A DNA stretch of 64,000 nt from an uncultured Chloroflexia bacterium (GCA_963810095.1 CAWEMM010000006.1:1824001-1888000); one strand, 5' to 3'. Positions 42,755-53,685 are shown, counted from the first letter of the stretch. Notes: generated from the letters alone by a model not told the origin. Made by a program: numbers and translations.

Positions 42755-42845
42755 GCTGACCTCCACATGGAACGCTGGTGGGGCAACCTGGTGAAGTGAC
42801 TAGCGCGCCTCCAATTTCGCGCCTCACAACCGATCTGTCAATAGC

Positions 42846-42896
42846 AAAAAAAGGTGGTAGGGGGCAGGCAGAAGTCTGCTTTGCCCCGCTACCGCC
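42846..42896 (-). terminator. Intrinsic terminator (REP-like GTAG hairpin)
   Basis: GC-rich stem ggcggtagcggggc...gcccccTACCACC followed by T7 on the minus strand. Confidence 0.6.
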
Positions 42897-42931
42897 GCGC
42901 GATCCGTGCCGTTGTCTGGTGCGGAAAAAAG

Positions 42932-42963
42932 GGACCCCCGGGGTCTTGAAAACCTGGGGGTCT
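42932..42963. repeat. Palindromic REP-like hairpin (family A)
   Basis: ggacccccggggtctt-gaa-aacctgggggtct. Confidence 0.55.
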
Positions 42964-42973
42964 CACCTGCTCG

Positions 42974-43966
42974 TCAGCGCACCGCCACCCGCTCGGTCAT
43001 CTGCTCTTCGAACCCCAACGCCTCGCGCACGATGTACAGCGGCCGGCCCTTGACCTCGTCGTAGATGCGGCCCAGGTACTCGCCGATAATTCCCAGCGAA
43101 ATCAACTGCACGCCCCCAAGGAAGAGCACCGCCACCAGCGTAGTCGCCTGCCCGTAGAAGGCGTGGCTGCCCGTCAGGCGCAGGATGATCGTGGCCAGGA
43201 TGCCAAGCACCGCGAGCGCTGCCGAAATGAACCCGATGTAGGTCGCCAACTGCAGCGGAAAATACGAGAACGAGGTGATGCCGTCCAGCGCGAACTTGAG
43301 CATTTTCTTGAGGGGGTACTTGGTCACGCCCGCATAGCGCTCGGCGCGAACGTAGTGGACGCCGGTCTGCTTGAAGCCGACCCAGACAGACATTCCCCGC
43401 ATGAACCGGTGCTTCTCGCGCATGGTTCGCAGCGCCTCGACGACCTTGCGGTCCATCAGGCGAAAGTCGCCGGTGTCCATGGGGATGTTGATGTCGGTGA
43501 TCTTGTAGATGATGCGGTAGAACGCTTTGGCCGTGAACTCCTTAAAGAAGGTTTCGCCCTTGCGCTCAGAGCGCACCGCATAGACAACTTCGTAGCCCTC
43601 GCGCCACTTTGCCAGCAGGTCTAGGATCACTTCGGGGGGGTCCTGCAGGTCCGCATCGATGATGACGACAGCTTGGCCAGACGCGTAGTCGGCGCCCGCA
43701 GTGATGGCGACCTGGTGGCCGAAATTGCGGGCGAAGTTGATCACCTTGACGCGGGGGTCAGCGGCGTGCAGCTCGCGCATGATCTCGGGGGATCGGTCGC
43801 GGCTGCCGTCGTTGATCAGCACCAACTCCCAATCCAGCCCTGCCCCGTCCAACACGACGGAGAGCCGCTTGTACAGCTCATGCAGGATCGCTTCTTCGTT
43901 GAAGACGGGCGCCACCACAGAGAGCGTCGGAGACGCTTCGGAGCGGCGGTGGGGGGGTGTGGACAT
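42974..43966 (-). CDS. GT2 polyprenyl-phosphate glycosyltransferase (GtrB/YkcC-like)
   Basis: [37 protein letters not shown], two C-terminal TM helices, GEYLGRIY. Confidence 0.95.
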   Translation of the reverse strand: MSTPPHRRSEASPTLSVVAPVFNEEAILHELYKRLSVVLDGAGLDWELVLINDGSRDRSPEIMRELHAADPRVKVINFARNFGHQVAITAGADYASGQAVVIIDADLQDPPEVILDLLAKWREGYEVVYAVRSERKGETFFKEFTAKAFYRIIYKITDINIPMDTGDFRLMDRKVVEALRTMREKHRFMRGMSVWVGFKQTGVHYVRAERYAGVTKYPLKKMLKFALDGITSFSYFPLQLATYIGFISAALAVLGILATIILRLTGSHAFYGQATTLVAVLFLGGVQLISLGIIGEYLGRIYDEVKGRPLYIVREALGFEEQMTERVAVR

Positions 43967-44080
43967 AAGTGCTCCTTGAGAATCGGGAGACGAAACGGTA
44001 CACGGATCGAACTGATGAAACTGGTTCGCCTGATTCTTCTACAGATCATGACGATCAGACGGACCGGTCTAGTTTGCGTT

Positions 44081-44968
44081 CTATTCGACCTTCTGCACGC
44101 GAAACTCATTTCCCTCACGCACGAGCCGGCCTGCGCCGAGGGTGGGGTCGTGCTGGAAGAAGAGCAGCGCTTCCTTGCGCCAGGCCCAGTCGCGCAGCGA
44201 GCGCTTGGTCTCCATACTGATAAGCGGTTCCACGTCGAATGCGGCGACCCAGCCCAGTTTCTCCATGGTGACGGCCCAGGGGACGGCATCGGCCATGAAG
44301 ATCGCGGTCTCGCCTGCGCTCTCGACGATCACGGCCTGGTGTGCTCGTGTGTGACCGGGCGTGGTCAGAGTACGCACTTCGCCCGTGATCTGGGTATCAC
44401 CGTTGAGCACCTGGAGCACGGCGTCCGAGTTACCTTTGCAAAGCCCGCTGAGGGGCAGGAAGTTCTCGGAAAAGTAGGCGTTGCGCGTGCGCTCATTCGG
44501 GTACGTCGCGTCGGCCAGCTCGAGCCGCTGGGCCATGTAGGTCGCGTTCGGAAAGGCCGGCACGATCCGGGCCGTATCCCCCCCGTCGCCCTCCGCAAAC
44601 TTTGTATTGCCGCCGCAGTGGTCGCCGTGCAGGTGGGTGTCGACCACGATGCTCACGTCCTCGGGCTTGTAGCCAAGGCCGGCCAGGTCGCCGCCTAGGC
44701 GGAATTGGCCGTGCAAGTTGAGCTGGGCCTGCTGCTTGGGGGTGAGCTTGTCACCGTAGCCGGTGTCGACGAGGATGAGACCCGCCTCGGACTCGATGAG
44801 GAGGCACCGCAGCTGCATGGGGATGCGGTTCAGTTCGTCTGCCGCCACAACCTTGCCCCACAGCGTCTTGGGCACGACGCCGAAATTCGCCCCGCCGTCA
44901 GTCCAGAAAACGCCATCGCTGACCAAATGCACCTTGACACGCCCCACCTGGTAAGTACACGCCGCCAT
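44081..44968 (-). CDS. MBL-fold metallo-hydrolase (YtnP-like)
   Basis: DGGANFGVVPK.LW, THLHGDHCGG, TPGHT, QHD. Confidence 0.9.
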   Translation of the reverse strand: MAACTYQVGRVKVHLVSDGVFWTDGGANFGVVPKTLWGKVVAADELNRIPMQLRCLLIESEAGLILVDTGYGDKLTPKQQAQLNLHGQFRLGGDLAGLGYKPEDVSIVVDTHLHGDHCGGNTKFAEGDGGDTARIVPAFPNATYMAQRLELADATYPNERTRNAYFSENFLPLSGLCKGNSDAVLQVLNGDTQITGEVRTLTTPGHTRAHQAVIVESAGETAIFMADAVPWAVTMEKLGWVAAFDVEPLISMETKRSLRDWAWRKEALLFFQHDPTLGAGRLVREGNEFRVQKVE

Positions 44969-45073
44969 CCACCCGCTCCTTCAACCGGCCATGTGCTTTC
45001 GTCATTTAGGACGAAAGCACGCACTAACATACTGATATGACTGTCAAGGTGCGGTCGAGGTTACACGGGCGTG

Positions 45074-46018
45074 TCAGCCCGTCGCGTGTCGCCGCCCCCG
45101 CCGCTCCAGGAGCTCGACGGCTCGCTTCGCCTGATCGCCCACGGTGCCCTTGATCACACGGCTCTTGTCTGCGGTCAGCGCGGCGAGCGGTTGGTGCGCC
45201 TGCTCGTTGCCCACCTGCCCCAAGGCTTGTGCGGCATACGCTCGCACCTGCGGGTCGGAGTCCTGCAGTGCCTCCAGCAAGGGCTCTTGCGCGTCGGGGT
45301 GGGGGATGTGGGCCAGGGCCGCAGCCAGGGCGCGGCGCACCAGCACATCCTGGCCGGGATGCACGAGCGCGGCGGCCATCGGGCAGGCGGCGATGGTGTT
45401 CCCCGCGTGACCCAGGGCCCGGGCGGCCGCCCTGACAACATCCGGCTCCGGGTCGTCGATCAGCGGAAGCAGCGGCTCGGCGAGGCCAGGATCGCGCACT
45501 TCGCCCAGCGCCATGGCAACCGCCGTGCGCACCTGAGGCTCCGGGTCGTCGATGTGCTTGCACAGAGCAGCCACGGCCGCATCCCCGCCGTGCCGGCCGA
45601 GCGCCTGCGCCGCACCTGCCCGGCGTGCAGGATGCGAATCTGCCAACGCGCTCTCGAGTGCCGGAAAGACGTGGCCCGGCTCCTGCGCAGCCAGCGCTTC
45701 GGCTGCGTGCCACGCGACGAACTCCTCGTCGTCGGTGAGCGCGCCGATGAGCGCGTCGACCGCTTCCTGCCCCAGCAGCGGATTGCGGCGCAACTCGGCG
45801 GCCGCATGCCACCGGCGCAGTGGTTCGGCTGCGGCCAACTCGACGAGCTGGACTTCCTCGCTTTCGCCCTCGGCGCGCTCACGCCAGGCGACGATGGGTG
45901 CAGTCAGCCGGAACAGGGTCTCACGTGCGCGGTTGAGCCAGTGCTCCGTCTTCTCGGCAAACCCACGTTCTTCTGGGGCGGCCGGTTGCTTGCCGGCCTG
46001 GTCGTTCTCGGGTGTCAT
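45074..46018 (-). CDS. HEAT/PBS-lyase repeat protein
   Basis: Repeated L..AL.D.DP.VR..AA.ALG motifs. Confidence 0.85.
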   Translation of the reverse strand: MTPENDQAGKQPAAPEERGFAEKTEHWLNRARETLFRLTAPIVAWRERAEGESEEVQLVELAAAEPLRRWHAAAELRRNPLLGQEAVDALIGALTDDEEFVAWHAAEALAAQEPGHVFPALESALADSHPARRAGAAQALGRHGGDAAVAALCKHIDDPEPQVRTAVAMALGEVRDPGLAEPLLPLIDDPEPDVVRAAARALGHAGNTIAACPMAAALVHPGQDVLVRRALAAALAHIPHPDAQEPLLEALQDSDPQVRAYAAQALGQVGNEQAHQPLAALTADKSRVIKGTVGDQAKRAVELLERRGRRHATG

Positions 46019-46079
46019 GGAATGATCTGCTTCGTGGTCTCGCGCTGCAGGCTCAGCTTGGTCTGGCCAAGGTCGCCGG

Positions 46080-46835
46080 CTAACGAAACGTGATAGTGGT
46101 CTGGCAGGGAGGCGGATAATTGCCGCTCTTGTCTACCACGACCACGCGAATGCTGTAGGTGCCCGGCGGCAGCACGTTGAGCGTGCCCAGCCGGCCGCCC
46201 ACCACCGGCGCTTCGCCGCCGGCGAAGTACGACCACACGTCCGGGCTTGGCCCTGCGCCATACTCGAGCTTGTAGTAATCGAAGTTGTCGCCCGCCGCGG
46301 TCCCGGCGATGGCGACGGCGCCGGTGAAGCTCTGCCCAATGCCCGGCTGCGTAATGACTGCCTGGCCCGTGGGGCAGCTGGGACGCCGCACGGCCGGCTC
46401 GGTTGGCGCGGCCGAGGTCGGCGCGGCACCGGGCGTCTTCGTTGGCCGAGGAGTGGGCTTGCTGGGCTTCTTCGTGGCGGTGGGGGTTGCGGTCGTGTCC
46501 GGCTCGGGCAGGGTCGGCGTCGCCGTTGGCGTGCCGCCGATTGCCACGAAGGCCGGCGTGGCCGTCGGCCGGTCAGAGATCAACTGCGGTTCGACCGCCT
46601 TAAAGACGACCGTGCTGAGCGCATAGACCGCGCCCATGACGATGATGATGCCCAGGGCTGCGCCCCACGCGCCGTATACCCGGTTCAGCGCCTGCTCGCG
46701 TTCGAGTGAGAACACGGCATAGCGCCGGTCGTGGCGCGCGACGAGGACGACGCGCAAGTACCACAACGCCGCGATGGCACACGCGCCGTAAATCCAGGGA
46801 GAGAACTCCCGTATAACGTCGATGACAACGGCCAT
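46080..46835 (-). CDS. Membrane protein with Pro/Thr linker and C-terminal Ig-like domain
   Basis: Two N-terminal TM helices, PT-rich linker, GTA...FDYYKLEYG...PGTYSIRVVVVD. Confidence 0.7.
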   Translation of the reverse strand: MAVVIDVIREFSPWIYGACAIAALWYLRVVLVARHDRRYAVFSLEREQALNRVYGAWGAALGIIIVMGAVYALSTVVFKAVEPQLISDRPTATPAFVAIGGTPTATPTLPEPDTTATPTATKKPSKPTPRPTKTPGAAPTSAAPTEPAVRRPSCPTGQAVITQPGIGQSFTGAVAIAGTAAGDNFDYYKLEYGAGPSPDVWSYFAGGEAPVVGGRLGTLNVLPPGTYSIRVVVVDKSGNYPPPCQTTITFR

Positions 46836-46844
46836 GGTTTGCCG

Positions 46845-47711
46845 CTAGTCCCCCAGCCTCTCCAAAACGCCGCGAATGAGTTGCATGAGCTTGGGCGTCA
46901 TCGAGCGGCCCGCTGCCAGAACCTCTTCGTGGTTGGCCTCTTGCTCGGCGTCCGGATCGTCGATGGCCGCGTTGCTGATGCCGCTGATACCCAGGACGCG
47001 CAGGCCCGTGTGCCGGGCGACGATCACCTCGGGCACCGTGCTCATGCCGCACGCATCGACCCCCGCGTTGCGCAGAAAGCGTACTTCGGCCGGCGTCTCG
47101 AACGTGGGCCCGCCCAGCCCGCCGTAAACGCCCTGGTACAGCTCGATACCGGACTCGGCCGCAACCTTCACCGCCAGGCGGCGCAGCCCGCGGTCGTAGG
47201 CGTTGTTCATCGCCAGGAACCGCGGCCCGAGCGTTTCGTCGTTTGGACCCCAAAGCGGATTGCCGCCGACCATCGTCATGAAGCCAATGTGGTCCGTGAT
47301 GAGCATGAGGTCGCCGGCCTTGTACGCCGGATTGACGCCGCCGGCCGCGTTCGTGACGATCAAAGTGCGAACGCCCAACTCGTGCATCACGCGCACGGGC
47401 AAGGTCACCCGCTGCATCGAGTGGCCCTCGTATGCGTGGATGCGTCCCTGCATAATGACTACTTCTTGCCCGGCAAGGTTCCCGAAGATCAGCTGACCCT
47501 GGTGGCCCTCGACGGTGGGCGCGACGAACCCCGGGACGTCGGCGAAGGGTATCCGGTCCGCAGGAGCGCCGCCTTCGCCGGTTACCTCGTCGGCCAGGGC
47601 ATTGAGCCCCGAGCCGAGGATCAGGCCGACTGTGGGCCGGTGTGTTGTGCGGGCCCGGAGAAAATCGGCTATCTCTTCGTATTGCTGCCGCGTGAAGACT
47701 TCGTGTTCCAT
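46845..47711 (-). CDS. punA: Purine-nucleoside phosphorylase (trimeric type)
   Basis: GLILGSGL, VEGHQG, MQGRIHAYEG, TNAAGG, GPTFETPAE, GMSTVPE, ISN. Confidence 0.92.
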   Translation of the reverse strand: MEHEVFTRQQYEEIADFLRARTTHRPTVGLILGSGLNALADEVTGEGGAPADRIPFADVPGFVAPTVEGHQGQLIFGNLAGQEVVIMQGRIHAYEGHSMQRVTLPVRVMHELGVRTLIVTNAAGGVNPAYKAGDLMLITDHIGFMTMVGGNPLWGPNDETLGPRFLAMNNAYDRGLRRLAVKVAAESGIELYQGVYGGLGGPTFETPAEVRFLRNAGVDACGMSTVPEVIVARHTGLRVLGISGISNAAIDDPDAEQEANHEEVLAAGRSMTPKLMQLIRGVLERLGD

Positions 47712-47725
47712 GCTTGTCCCCTGTA

Positions 47726-47758
47726 GGCAACCGGGTTTCTGCCAGAAACTCAGTTCCT
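47726..47758. repeat. Palindromic repeat family B, degenerate copy
   Basis: ggcaaccgggtttct-gcc-agaaactcagttcct. Confidence 0.6.
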
Positions 47759-47781
47759 CGCTCGGAAGATGATCGCTTTTC

Positions 47782-48684
47782 TTACGCCCGCGGATGTGCG
47801 CTGTCGTAGACTTCGCGCAGCCGATCACGGGTGACGTGGGTGTAGACCTGGGTGGTGGAGATGTTGGCGTGGCCGAGCAGCTTCTGCACCTCGCGCAGCC
47901 CGGCGCCGCCGTTGAGCATGTGGGTGGCGAACGAATGACGGAGCGTGTGCGGCGTCACCCGGTCTTCGAGGCCGAGCTGCCGCGCATAGGCCTTAATAAT
48001 CAGCCAGAGCCCTTGCCGCGTCAACTTTTCGCCGCGTGGATTCAGGAAGAGCGTGCGCTCCTCCGCGTTGCGCCCACACAGCGCGGGCCGGCCCTTCTCA
48101 AGATACTCGGCCACGGCGCGGCAGGCTTCCGCATAGAGCGGCATGACCCGTTCTTTGTTGCCCTTACCGATGCAGCGCACGGTGCCTGCGCCCAAGTCGA
48201 CATCGTCAACCGTCAGTCCTGCCACCTCGCTCACCCGCATGCCGGTGGCGTACAGGACTTCCAGCAGGGCCGTATCGCGAAGCGCCTTCGCCCCGTGGCC
48301 TTGAGCGGGCAGGGCCAGCAGCTTTTCGACCTCGGCCGGGGTCAGGGTGGTGGGCAGTTGCTTCTTGACCTTTGGCGAGTCCAGTTCCTCCGCGGGGTTC
48401 TCTTCGAGCACTCCGGTCCGAACCAGGAAGCCGCAAAAAGACTTCATGGCCGCGACCTTGCGCGCGACGGTGGCGGAAGCGTACTCGCGTTCCTTCAGCC
48501 ACAGGATGTAGTTGATCAGGTGATCGCGGCTTAAGTCGCTCCAGTCGCCGTCCGACAGGCCGTCCTCTTTCGTGATGAACTCGTGGAACTGATTGAGGTC
48601 GTTCCGATAAGCCGCAACGGTGTTATCGGAACTGCCCTTCTCAGCCGCGAGATGGTTGAGGAACTCCTGGATCTTCGCGTCCAT
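47782..48684 (-). CDS. xerD: Site-specific tyrosine recombinase XerD
   Basis: [53 protein letters not shown]; adjacent to PNP. Confidence 0.9.
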   Translation of the reverse strand: MDAKIQEFLNHLAAEKGSSDNTVAAYRNDLNQFHEFITKEDGLSDGDWSDLSRDHLINYILWLKEREYASATVARKVAAMKSFCGFLVRTGVLEENPAEELDSPKVKKQLPTTLTPAEVEKLLALPAQGHGAKALRDTALLEVLYATGMRVSEVAGLTVDDVDLGAGTVRCIGKGNKERVMPLYAEACRAVAEYLEKGRPALCGRNAEERTLFLNPRGEKLTRQGLWLIIKAYARQLGLEDRVTPHTLRHSFATHMLNGGAGLREVQKLLGHANISTTQVYTHVTRDRLREVYDSAHPRA

Positions 48685-48871
48685 AAGCCGAGGTCTCCCT
48701 TGCAACCCGGGACATCGGGATGCTCGCTAAGTTGGTTGCGCGCAACCTATGCCGCGCATTCTAGCACAGACTTTGCATAAGCGGAAAACGGACCAGGACA
48801 CAAAGACGCCGTGACGCCGAGAGCAAAAAAGCGTGCTCCCGGCGTGTCTCCGTGTCTTTGTGTTATGCGTC

Positions 48872-49387
48872 TTAGCGGTCGAAGTAGATGCTCTTGCCCG
48901 TGGCCGAGATGGGGATGCCCATGACGAAGTCGGCGTCGATCATGCCCAACTCGCGGGCGACCACGCCCGCGCGGTACATGATCCGGCTGTCGGCGTTAAG
49001 CAGGCCGGCCATTTTGGCGGCCGAGCCCAGCGCGATGCCCATGTCGAGGAGGCGGTACGCGCAGTTTGGCCCGCGGAACTCGCCTTCGACCGAATTGACC
49101 GGCAGCAGCTCGCAGATTTCTACGCCGCACGCGCCGCAGTTCAGCCCCGCGGTCGAAGCCTCTTTGATGCCGATGAGCAGGATCGAGTCGGAGGCGGCGA
49201 CGTTCCGGCCGTCGCGGTCGAAGCTCTTCTTCCCCGTCCGCACGCCGAACTCGGCCATCTTCTGGGCCAGCATCTGCAGGTCGGGCCCCTCCACAATGGT
49301 CATGACGAGGCAGTCCTCGCCCTTGGTCTTCGGCGCGGTCCGTGCGGCCACCGCCATCAGCTCTGCAACGATGCGCAATTCTCCCAT
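48872..49387 (-). CDS. DUF2148 ferredoxin-domain protein
   Basis: AARTAPKTKG, NCGACG..C, GPNC..RLLDMGIALGSA, GKSIYFDR. Confidence 0.85.
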   Translation of the reverse strand: MGELRIVAELMAVAARTAPKTKGEDCLVMTIVEGPDLQMLAQKMAEFGVRTGKKSFDRDGRNVAASDSILLIGIKEASTAGLNCGACGVEICELLPVNSVEGEFRGPNCAYRLLDMGIALGSAAKMAGLLNADSRIMYRAGVVARELGMIDADFVMGIPISATGKSIYFDR

Positions 49388-49409
49388 GATACCTCCTTAT
49401 GTATTCGAG

Positions 49410-49523
49410 ACTGATCTGAAATAGAACACTGATTGGACTGATCTGACTGATTACCACGATCTCTTGCCTGAAGAAGAGTGCAGATCAGTTCAAGCAGGCA
49501 TCGGCGTCCTATTTCAGATCAGT
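49410..49523. repeat. 24-bp imperfect inverted repeat with internal ACTGAT units
   Basis: actgatctgaaatagaacactgat ... atcggcgtcctatttcagatcagt; ACTGAT at 49410, 49428, 49437 and 49446. Confidence 0.7.
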
Positions 49524-51768
49524 TTAGTCGCCGATCGCGTAAAGCCACCCTTCTGCGGTGTTTACGTAGAGCCGGCCGGACACGAGCGCCGCGCCCGCAA
49601 AGCGCTCGCCGCCCTTGTCAAGTGTGACGCGCCAGCCGGGCTCGCTCCTTTCGCCGGGCCGCACGCCGATGCACTCGGCTGCCCCTCCGTTCGACGTGCC
49701 ACAGACATATGCCCGGTCTTGCAGGTCCGTTGCGACGAGCTTCGGGCTTTTCTGACCCCAATGCAAGTTCGTCACAAGGCGGCCGTCGGCCGTAATCTGG
49801 ACCACTCGCAGGTCGTCGTACTGGCTGCCGTAGATCAGCGTGCTTGTGCCAAGCGGACTGACTCCGCTGTCAAACGGCTGGTAGACCGTCGAAGTCTGGT
49901 ACGTCCAATCCTGTTTCCCGGTGATGGTGGGCGCGCCGTGCACCAGGTCCCAGTTCAACACGCTGTGCGCCTCCCGCAGATAGCTCCGGCCGTCGCCTCC
50001 CGTCATATATTGCGCGTTGATGCCCGCCTTCCCCGCCGTGACGATCGCGCTGTAGTCCAACAGCTTGCCGGTTTCCGTGTCGATCGCGCTGTCCACCTCA
50101 AACAGCACTTTGCCGTTGGGGTGCAGGCGGGGCGCCGCATCACCCGAACCTGCCAGCCGCCCGCTGGTCCACTTGGACGTGCCATCTGGGTTGACTGCTT
50201 CGACCCGGTCGACCGCGCTGTAGTAGATCGTTCCGTCCGGCCCGACGATCGGGCCCGAGCTCGCCCGGCGTCTGCCCGCGCCCGGCGCACGCCACAGGTA
50301 GCCCCCGTCAAGCGTGTAGGCCGAGACGCCGCCCGGCTTATCGGTCACGTAGATCACGCCGAATCCGCCATTTGCGTCTGCCCCGCCGAGGGCAGGTGTG
50401 CCGGCGGGTGCGGCGGGCAGTTCAGACACCCAGCGCAGCGTGCCCTGCGGGTCGACGGAGTAGAGCGTGCCGGCGGTAGCGACGGCGTAAACATTGCCGG
50501 CCTTGTCGACGACGGGACTGCCGGTGAAGCCGCTCTCGTCCTTGAGGAACCAGCGGATGGTGGGCGAGGGCGCGACCGCCAGGCGAACGGCCGCGCTGCC
50601 GTACGCATCGCGCCGCTCCGAGCCCCAAAGATGACCGCCGGCTACAGGTAACTCGGGTGTGCTGAGGTTTGCGTTCGCGCTGCCATTTGCGATCGCACTA
50701 CTCTGCCACGGCTTCCAGGCGAACGCGGCCAGCACCACGACAAACACTGCGGCCAGCACAGCCAGGATTCTCCGCCGGCGGCCCGTTTCCCGTCCCGGCA
50801 CGAGCAGCGTCTCCTCGAGCCACGCCCCGACGCGCGCCGAACGCACCGGAGAGGGCGGACCGGCGCCCTAACTCTCCGAGACTCAGCCGGCGGCGCAGCC
50901 CTTCACCCACGAGGTTGAAGCCGAGAATCGCGACAAACACGACGCTGCCTGTGGCGATGGTGGCCCACGGCTTGAAGATCTGCCAGGCGGATGACAGCAT
51001 TTGGCCCAACTCGGGCAGGCCCGAGATGGCCTGTTGCCTGAAGTCGGTCACCTCCACCCAGAATGCGCCGCCCAGGTAATACCCGAGGAAGCCGAGGCCC
51101 GCAATCGTCATCAGCGTTGCGCCGGCCTCGAACGCGAGGAGCATGCTGAGCATGGGCGTTACGTGGCGCAGGACATGGCGCACGACGTTCTCCGTGCCCG
51201 TCGCGCCCATGGAGCGGGCCGACTCGACGAACGGCTGCTGCTTGAGGCTGCGCGTTTGCTCGCTGACCACCCGTGCCGTGTCGGCCCAACCGGTCGCGCA
51301 CAGGCCCAGCAGGAAGGCCGCCAGTCCTTTCTGGATGCCCACCGCGGTGATAACCGCAAGGGCGACGATGATGGTCGGAACCGCCAGCGCGCCGGAGATT
51401 AGCGCCTCCCACACGCGACCCTGGCGCCCGGTCGACCAGCCCGCAGCCATGCCGACGAGCGCGCCGATCAGCAGGCGGACGAGCGCGGCCACGGACAGCA
51501 GGATGACCGTCGGCCGCACGCCCCACATCAGGCGGCTGAGTTGGTCACGACCCTGGAGGTCTGATCCCAACGGGAATCCCGGAACGGTGAACGGTGGATA
51601 GGGCACGGGCACCCAAGTCCCATTCACCTGGACAGTGTTGTTCATTTCCAACGGATCGCGCGGGGCCAGGCCCGGCCCGAAAACCGCGAGCACAAACACG
51701 AGCAACAGCAGTGCGCTGCCGAGCACGAGCGGGGCGTTGCCGAGCAACGGACGGCTACGCGGCCTCAT
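49524..51768 (-). CDS. Peptide/nickel ABC permease (DppC-like) probably fused to a PQQ-like beta-propeller, frameshifted near 50850
   Basis: LGSDLQGRD, FVESARSMGA..RHVL and FNLVGEGLR; then TM plus YSVDPQGTLRW and AVNPDGTSKW repeats in ORF 49524..50846. Confidence 0.7.
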
Positions 51769-52729
51769 ACGCGCCCTCTTCGGTCCGCTGGGTCGCCGCC
51801 CGCAGCCTTGGGTCGGCCCAGCGGGCAACGAGGCCGGCCGCGAGGTCGGCGAGCAGGAAGACGGCCGCGAGCAAGGTCAGGGTGGTCGCGAGCGCGGCCG
51901 GGTTTAGGAAGATTGCGTCTGGGAAGCCCCCCGAGCGGGGCGAAATCAGGACCAGCGCGAGCAGGCGGCCAAGCCCGGGCCAGGAGAAAATGTACTCGAT
52001 GACGATTAGCTCGCCAACCATCAGGCGAAGCGCGGCAAAGACTGCAATCGCGACGGGCGCGACGATATTGCGCAGGGCGTGTTTGTGACGCACCGTGCGG
52101 AGCGACACGCCCACGCTGCGGGCAGTCGTGATGTGCTGCTGATCCATCTCAGAGGCGAGCAGCGACGCGGTCACCTGCGCCAGTTGCGCGGTCGGCCGGG
52201 CCGCGAGCACGGCTACGGGCAGGAGCAGGTGCAAATCCCACCCGAAGCCCTGCACAGGGAGGGCGATGCTGAACGGTCCGTAGATGAGGAAGAGCAGGAC
52301 GCCCATGATCAGAAGACTGCCGACGTAGAAGCCGGGCATGGCCAGGCCGATCGTGGTCAGGGCGGTCAGCCAGGGTGCGACACGGGTTGGCTCGGTGCGA
52401 ACAGCCCTGATCCCGAGCGCGACGCCCAAGAGCACGCTGATCGCCAAGGCAAGGGTGATCAGCCCGAAGCTGGCCGCGGCCGCGCCAAGGACCACCGTGC
52501 CGATGTCTGCCCCGGCCGGCGGCAGGGTTCCGAAATCAAGCCGGGCCAGGCCCTTGAGATACTCGAGGTACGCAGGCAGCAGAGGCGCGGGCTTGTCGTT
52601 CAGGGCAAACATCGGGTTGTTGGCGAGTTGAACCGGGCGCACAAGGTGCGCGTAGGCAAAGCCGGCGAAATTGACCAGCAGCAGCGCCAGAGGGATCGCG
52701 GCCAGCCTGCGGAGGATGTAGCGATTCAC
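51755..52729 (-). CDS. Peptide/nickel ABC permease (DppB-like)
   Basis: YILRRL, LDFG, HITTARSVG..KHALRN, IEYIFSWPGLG. Confidence 0.9.
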   Translation of the reverse strand: MNRYILRRLAAIPLALLLVNFAGFAYAHLVRPVQLANNPMFALNDKPAPLLPAYLEYLKGLARLDFGTLPPAGADIGTVVLGAAAASFGLITLALAISVLLGVALGIRAVRTEPTRVAPWLTALTTIGLAMPGFYVGSLLIMGVLLFLIYGPFSIALPVQGFGWDLHLLLPVAVLAARPTAQLAQVTASLLASEMDQQHITTARSVGVSLRTVRHKHALRNIVAPVAIAVFAALRLMVGELIVIEYIFSWPGLGRLLALVLISPRSGGFPDAIFLNPAALATTLTLLAAVFLLADLAAGLVARWADPRLRAATQRTEEGAYEAA

Positions 52730-52756
52730 GTTATCGACTCAAAAGCCAGCATTCAG

Positions 52757-52789
52757 AGAAACCAGGTTTCTGCCAGAAACCTGGTTTCT
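52757..52789. repeat. Palindromic repeat family B
   Basis: agaaaccaggtttct-gcc-agaaacctggtttct. Confidence 0.85.
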
Positions 52790-53685
52790 TAAGCCTCGTC
52801 TCCCCGCAGCGCCTGCCACGCAGGGCTTGCTTCCCGCTCGTCCCACCATAAGGGCGCGTCGCCCCAGCGCCATTTGATGAAGTCGGCAGTGCGCTCGGGG
52901 CGCGGATCGGTCCCGGGCGGGCGCAGCCGGTTGGCCATGTTCGTGGCGAGTGGAAACTCCCCGTCGAGGGCAACTAACGCACGATACAGCGCCCGGGTGT
53001 CGTAGCGGACCGGCCGCAGCGTGACGCGCCAGCCGCCCTGGCGGCTCCAATCGAGCAAGGCATAATCGGCGCGGCCCGCCTCTTTTTCGCGGCCGCGGCC
53101 GTAGCTCGTCGTGCCCGGGCTGACCACCAGCGTCGCGCCGCCGGCGGCGCGCTTCACGCTCCGCTGGAAGACTGAATGGGTGTGGCCGCAGACGACGACG
53201 TCGGCGTCGGCCCCGCCGAGCAGTTGGCGCACCCGCTCGTCGGTCTGCACCCAAGGGGCGCGGTCTTCGCCTGGGCGCGGCAGCATGGGCAGGAACGGGT
53301 TGCCCGGCGCGCCGTGGACGATCAGCAAGTCCTCCAACCGCCCCGCGCTGAGCGCCACGTACTCCGGGAGGCTGCTGAGCCAGCGCAGCCGCTCGGGACC
53401 CAACCGCTCGCGCTCCCACTGCACGAGTTCGATCATCAGCGGCTCTTGCCAATGCTCGGGCCACAGCTCTGTGCCCCACAGCAGCACGTACAGCTCGGCG
53501 TTGCCGAGAATCGGCTGGCAAGGCAGCGCGGCCAGCAGGTCGACCACTTCGGGGCCCCATGGGAATTTGTAGACGAGGTCGCCGGAAATGACCAGTGCAT
53601 CGGGCGCGTCGCTGCGCAGTGCGCCGAGCACCGCCTGCAGGCCGAACAGGTTGCCGTGAATGTCACCGAGAACTGCGATACGCAT
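52789..53685 (-). CDS. Calcineurin-like metallophosphoesterase
   Basis: GDIHGN, GDLV, GNAE, HGAP, CGHTH. Confidence 0.9.
   Translation of the reverse strand: MRIAVLGDIHGNLFGLQAVLGALRSDAPDALVISGDLVYKFPWGPEVVDLLAALPCQPILGNAELYVLLWGTELWPEHWQEPLMIELVQWERERLGPERLRWLSSLPEYVALSAGRLEDLLIVHGAPGNPFLPMLPRPGEDRAPWVQTDERVRQLLGGADADVVVCGHTHSVFQRSVKRAAGGATLVVSPGTTSYGRGREKEAGRADYALLDWSRQGGWRVTLRPVRYDTRALYRALVALDGEFPLATNMANRLRPPGTDPRPERTADFIKWRWGDAPLWWDEREASPAWQALRGDEA

Noticed and set aside
47782-48684. Tyrosine recombinase as the integrase of a mobile element
   Set aside because: It has XerD-type motifs and housekeeping synteny with PNP, and no att sites, tRNA or phage genes are nearby.
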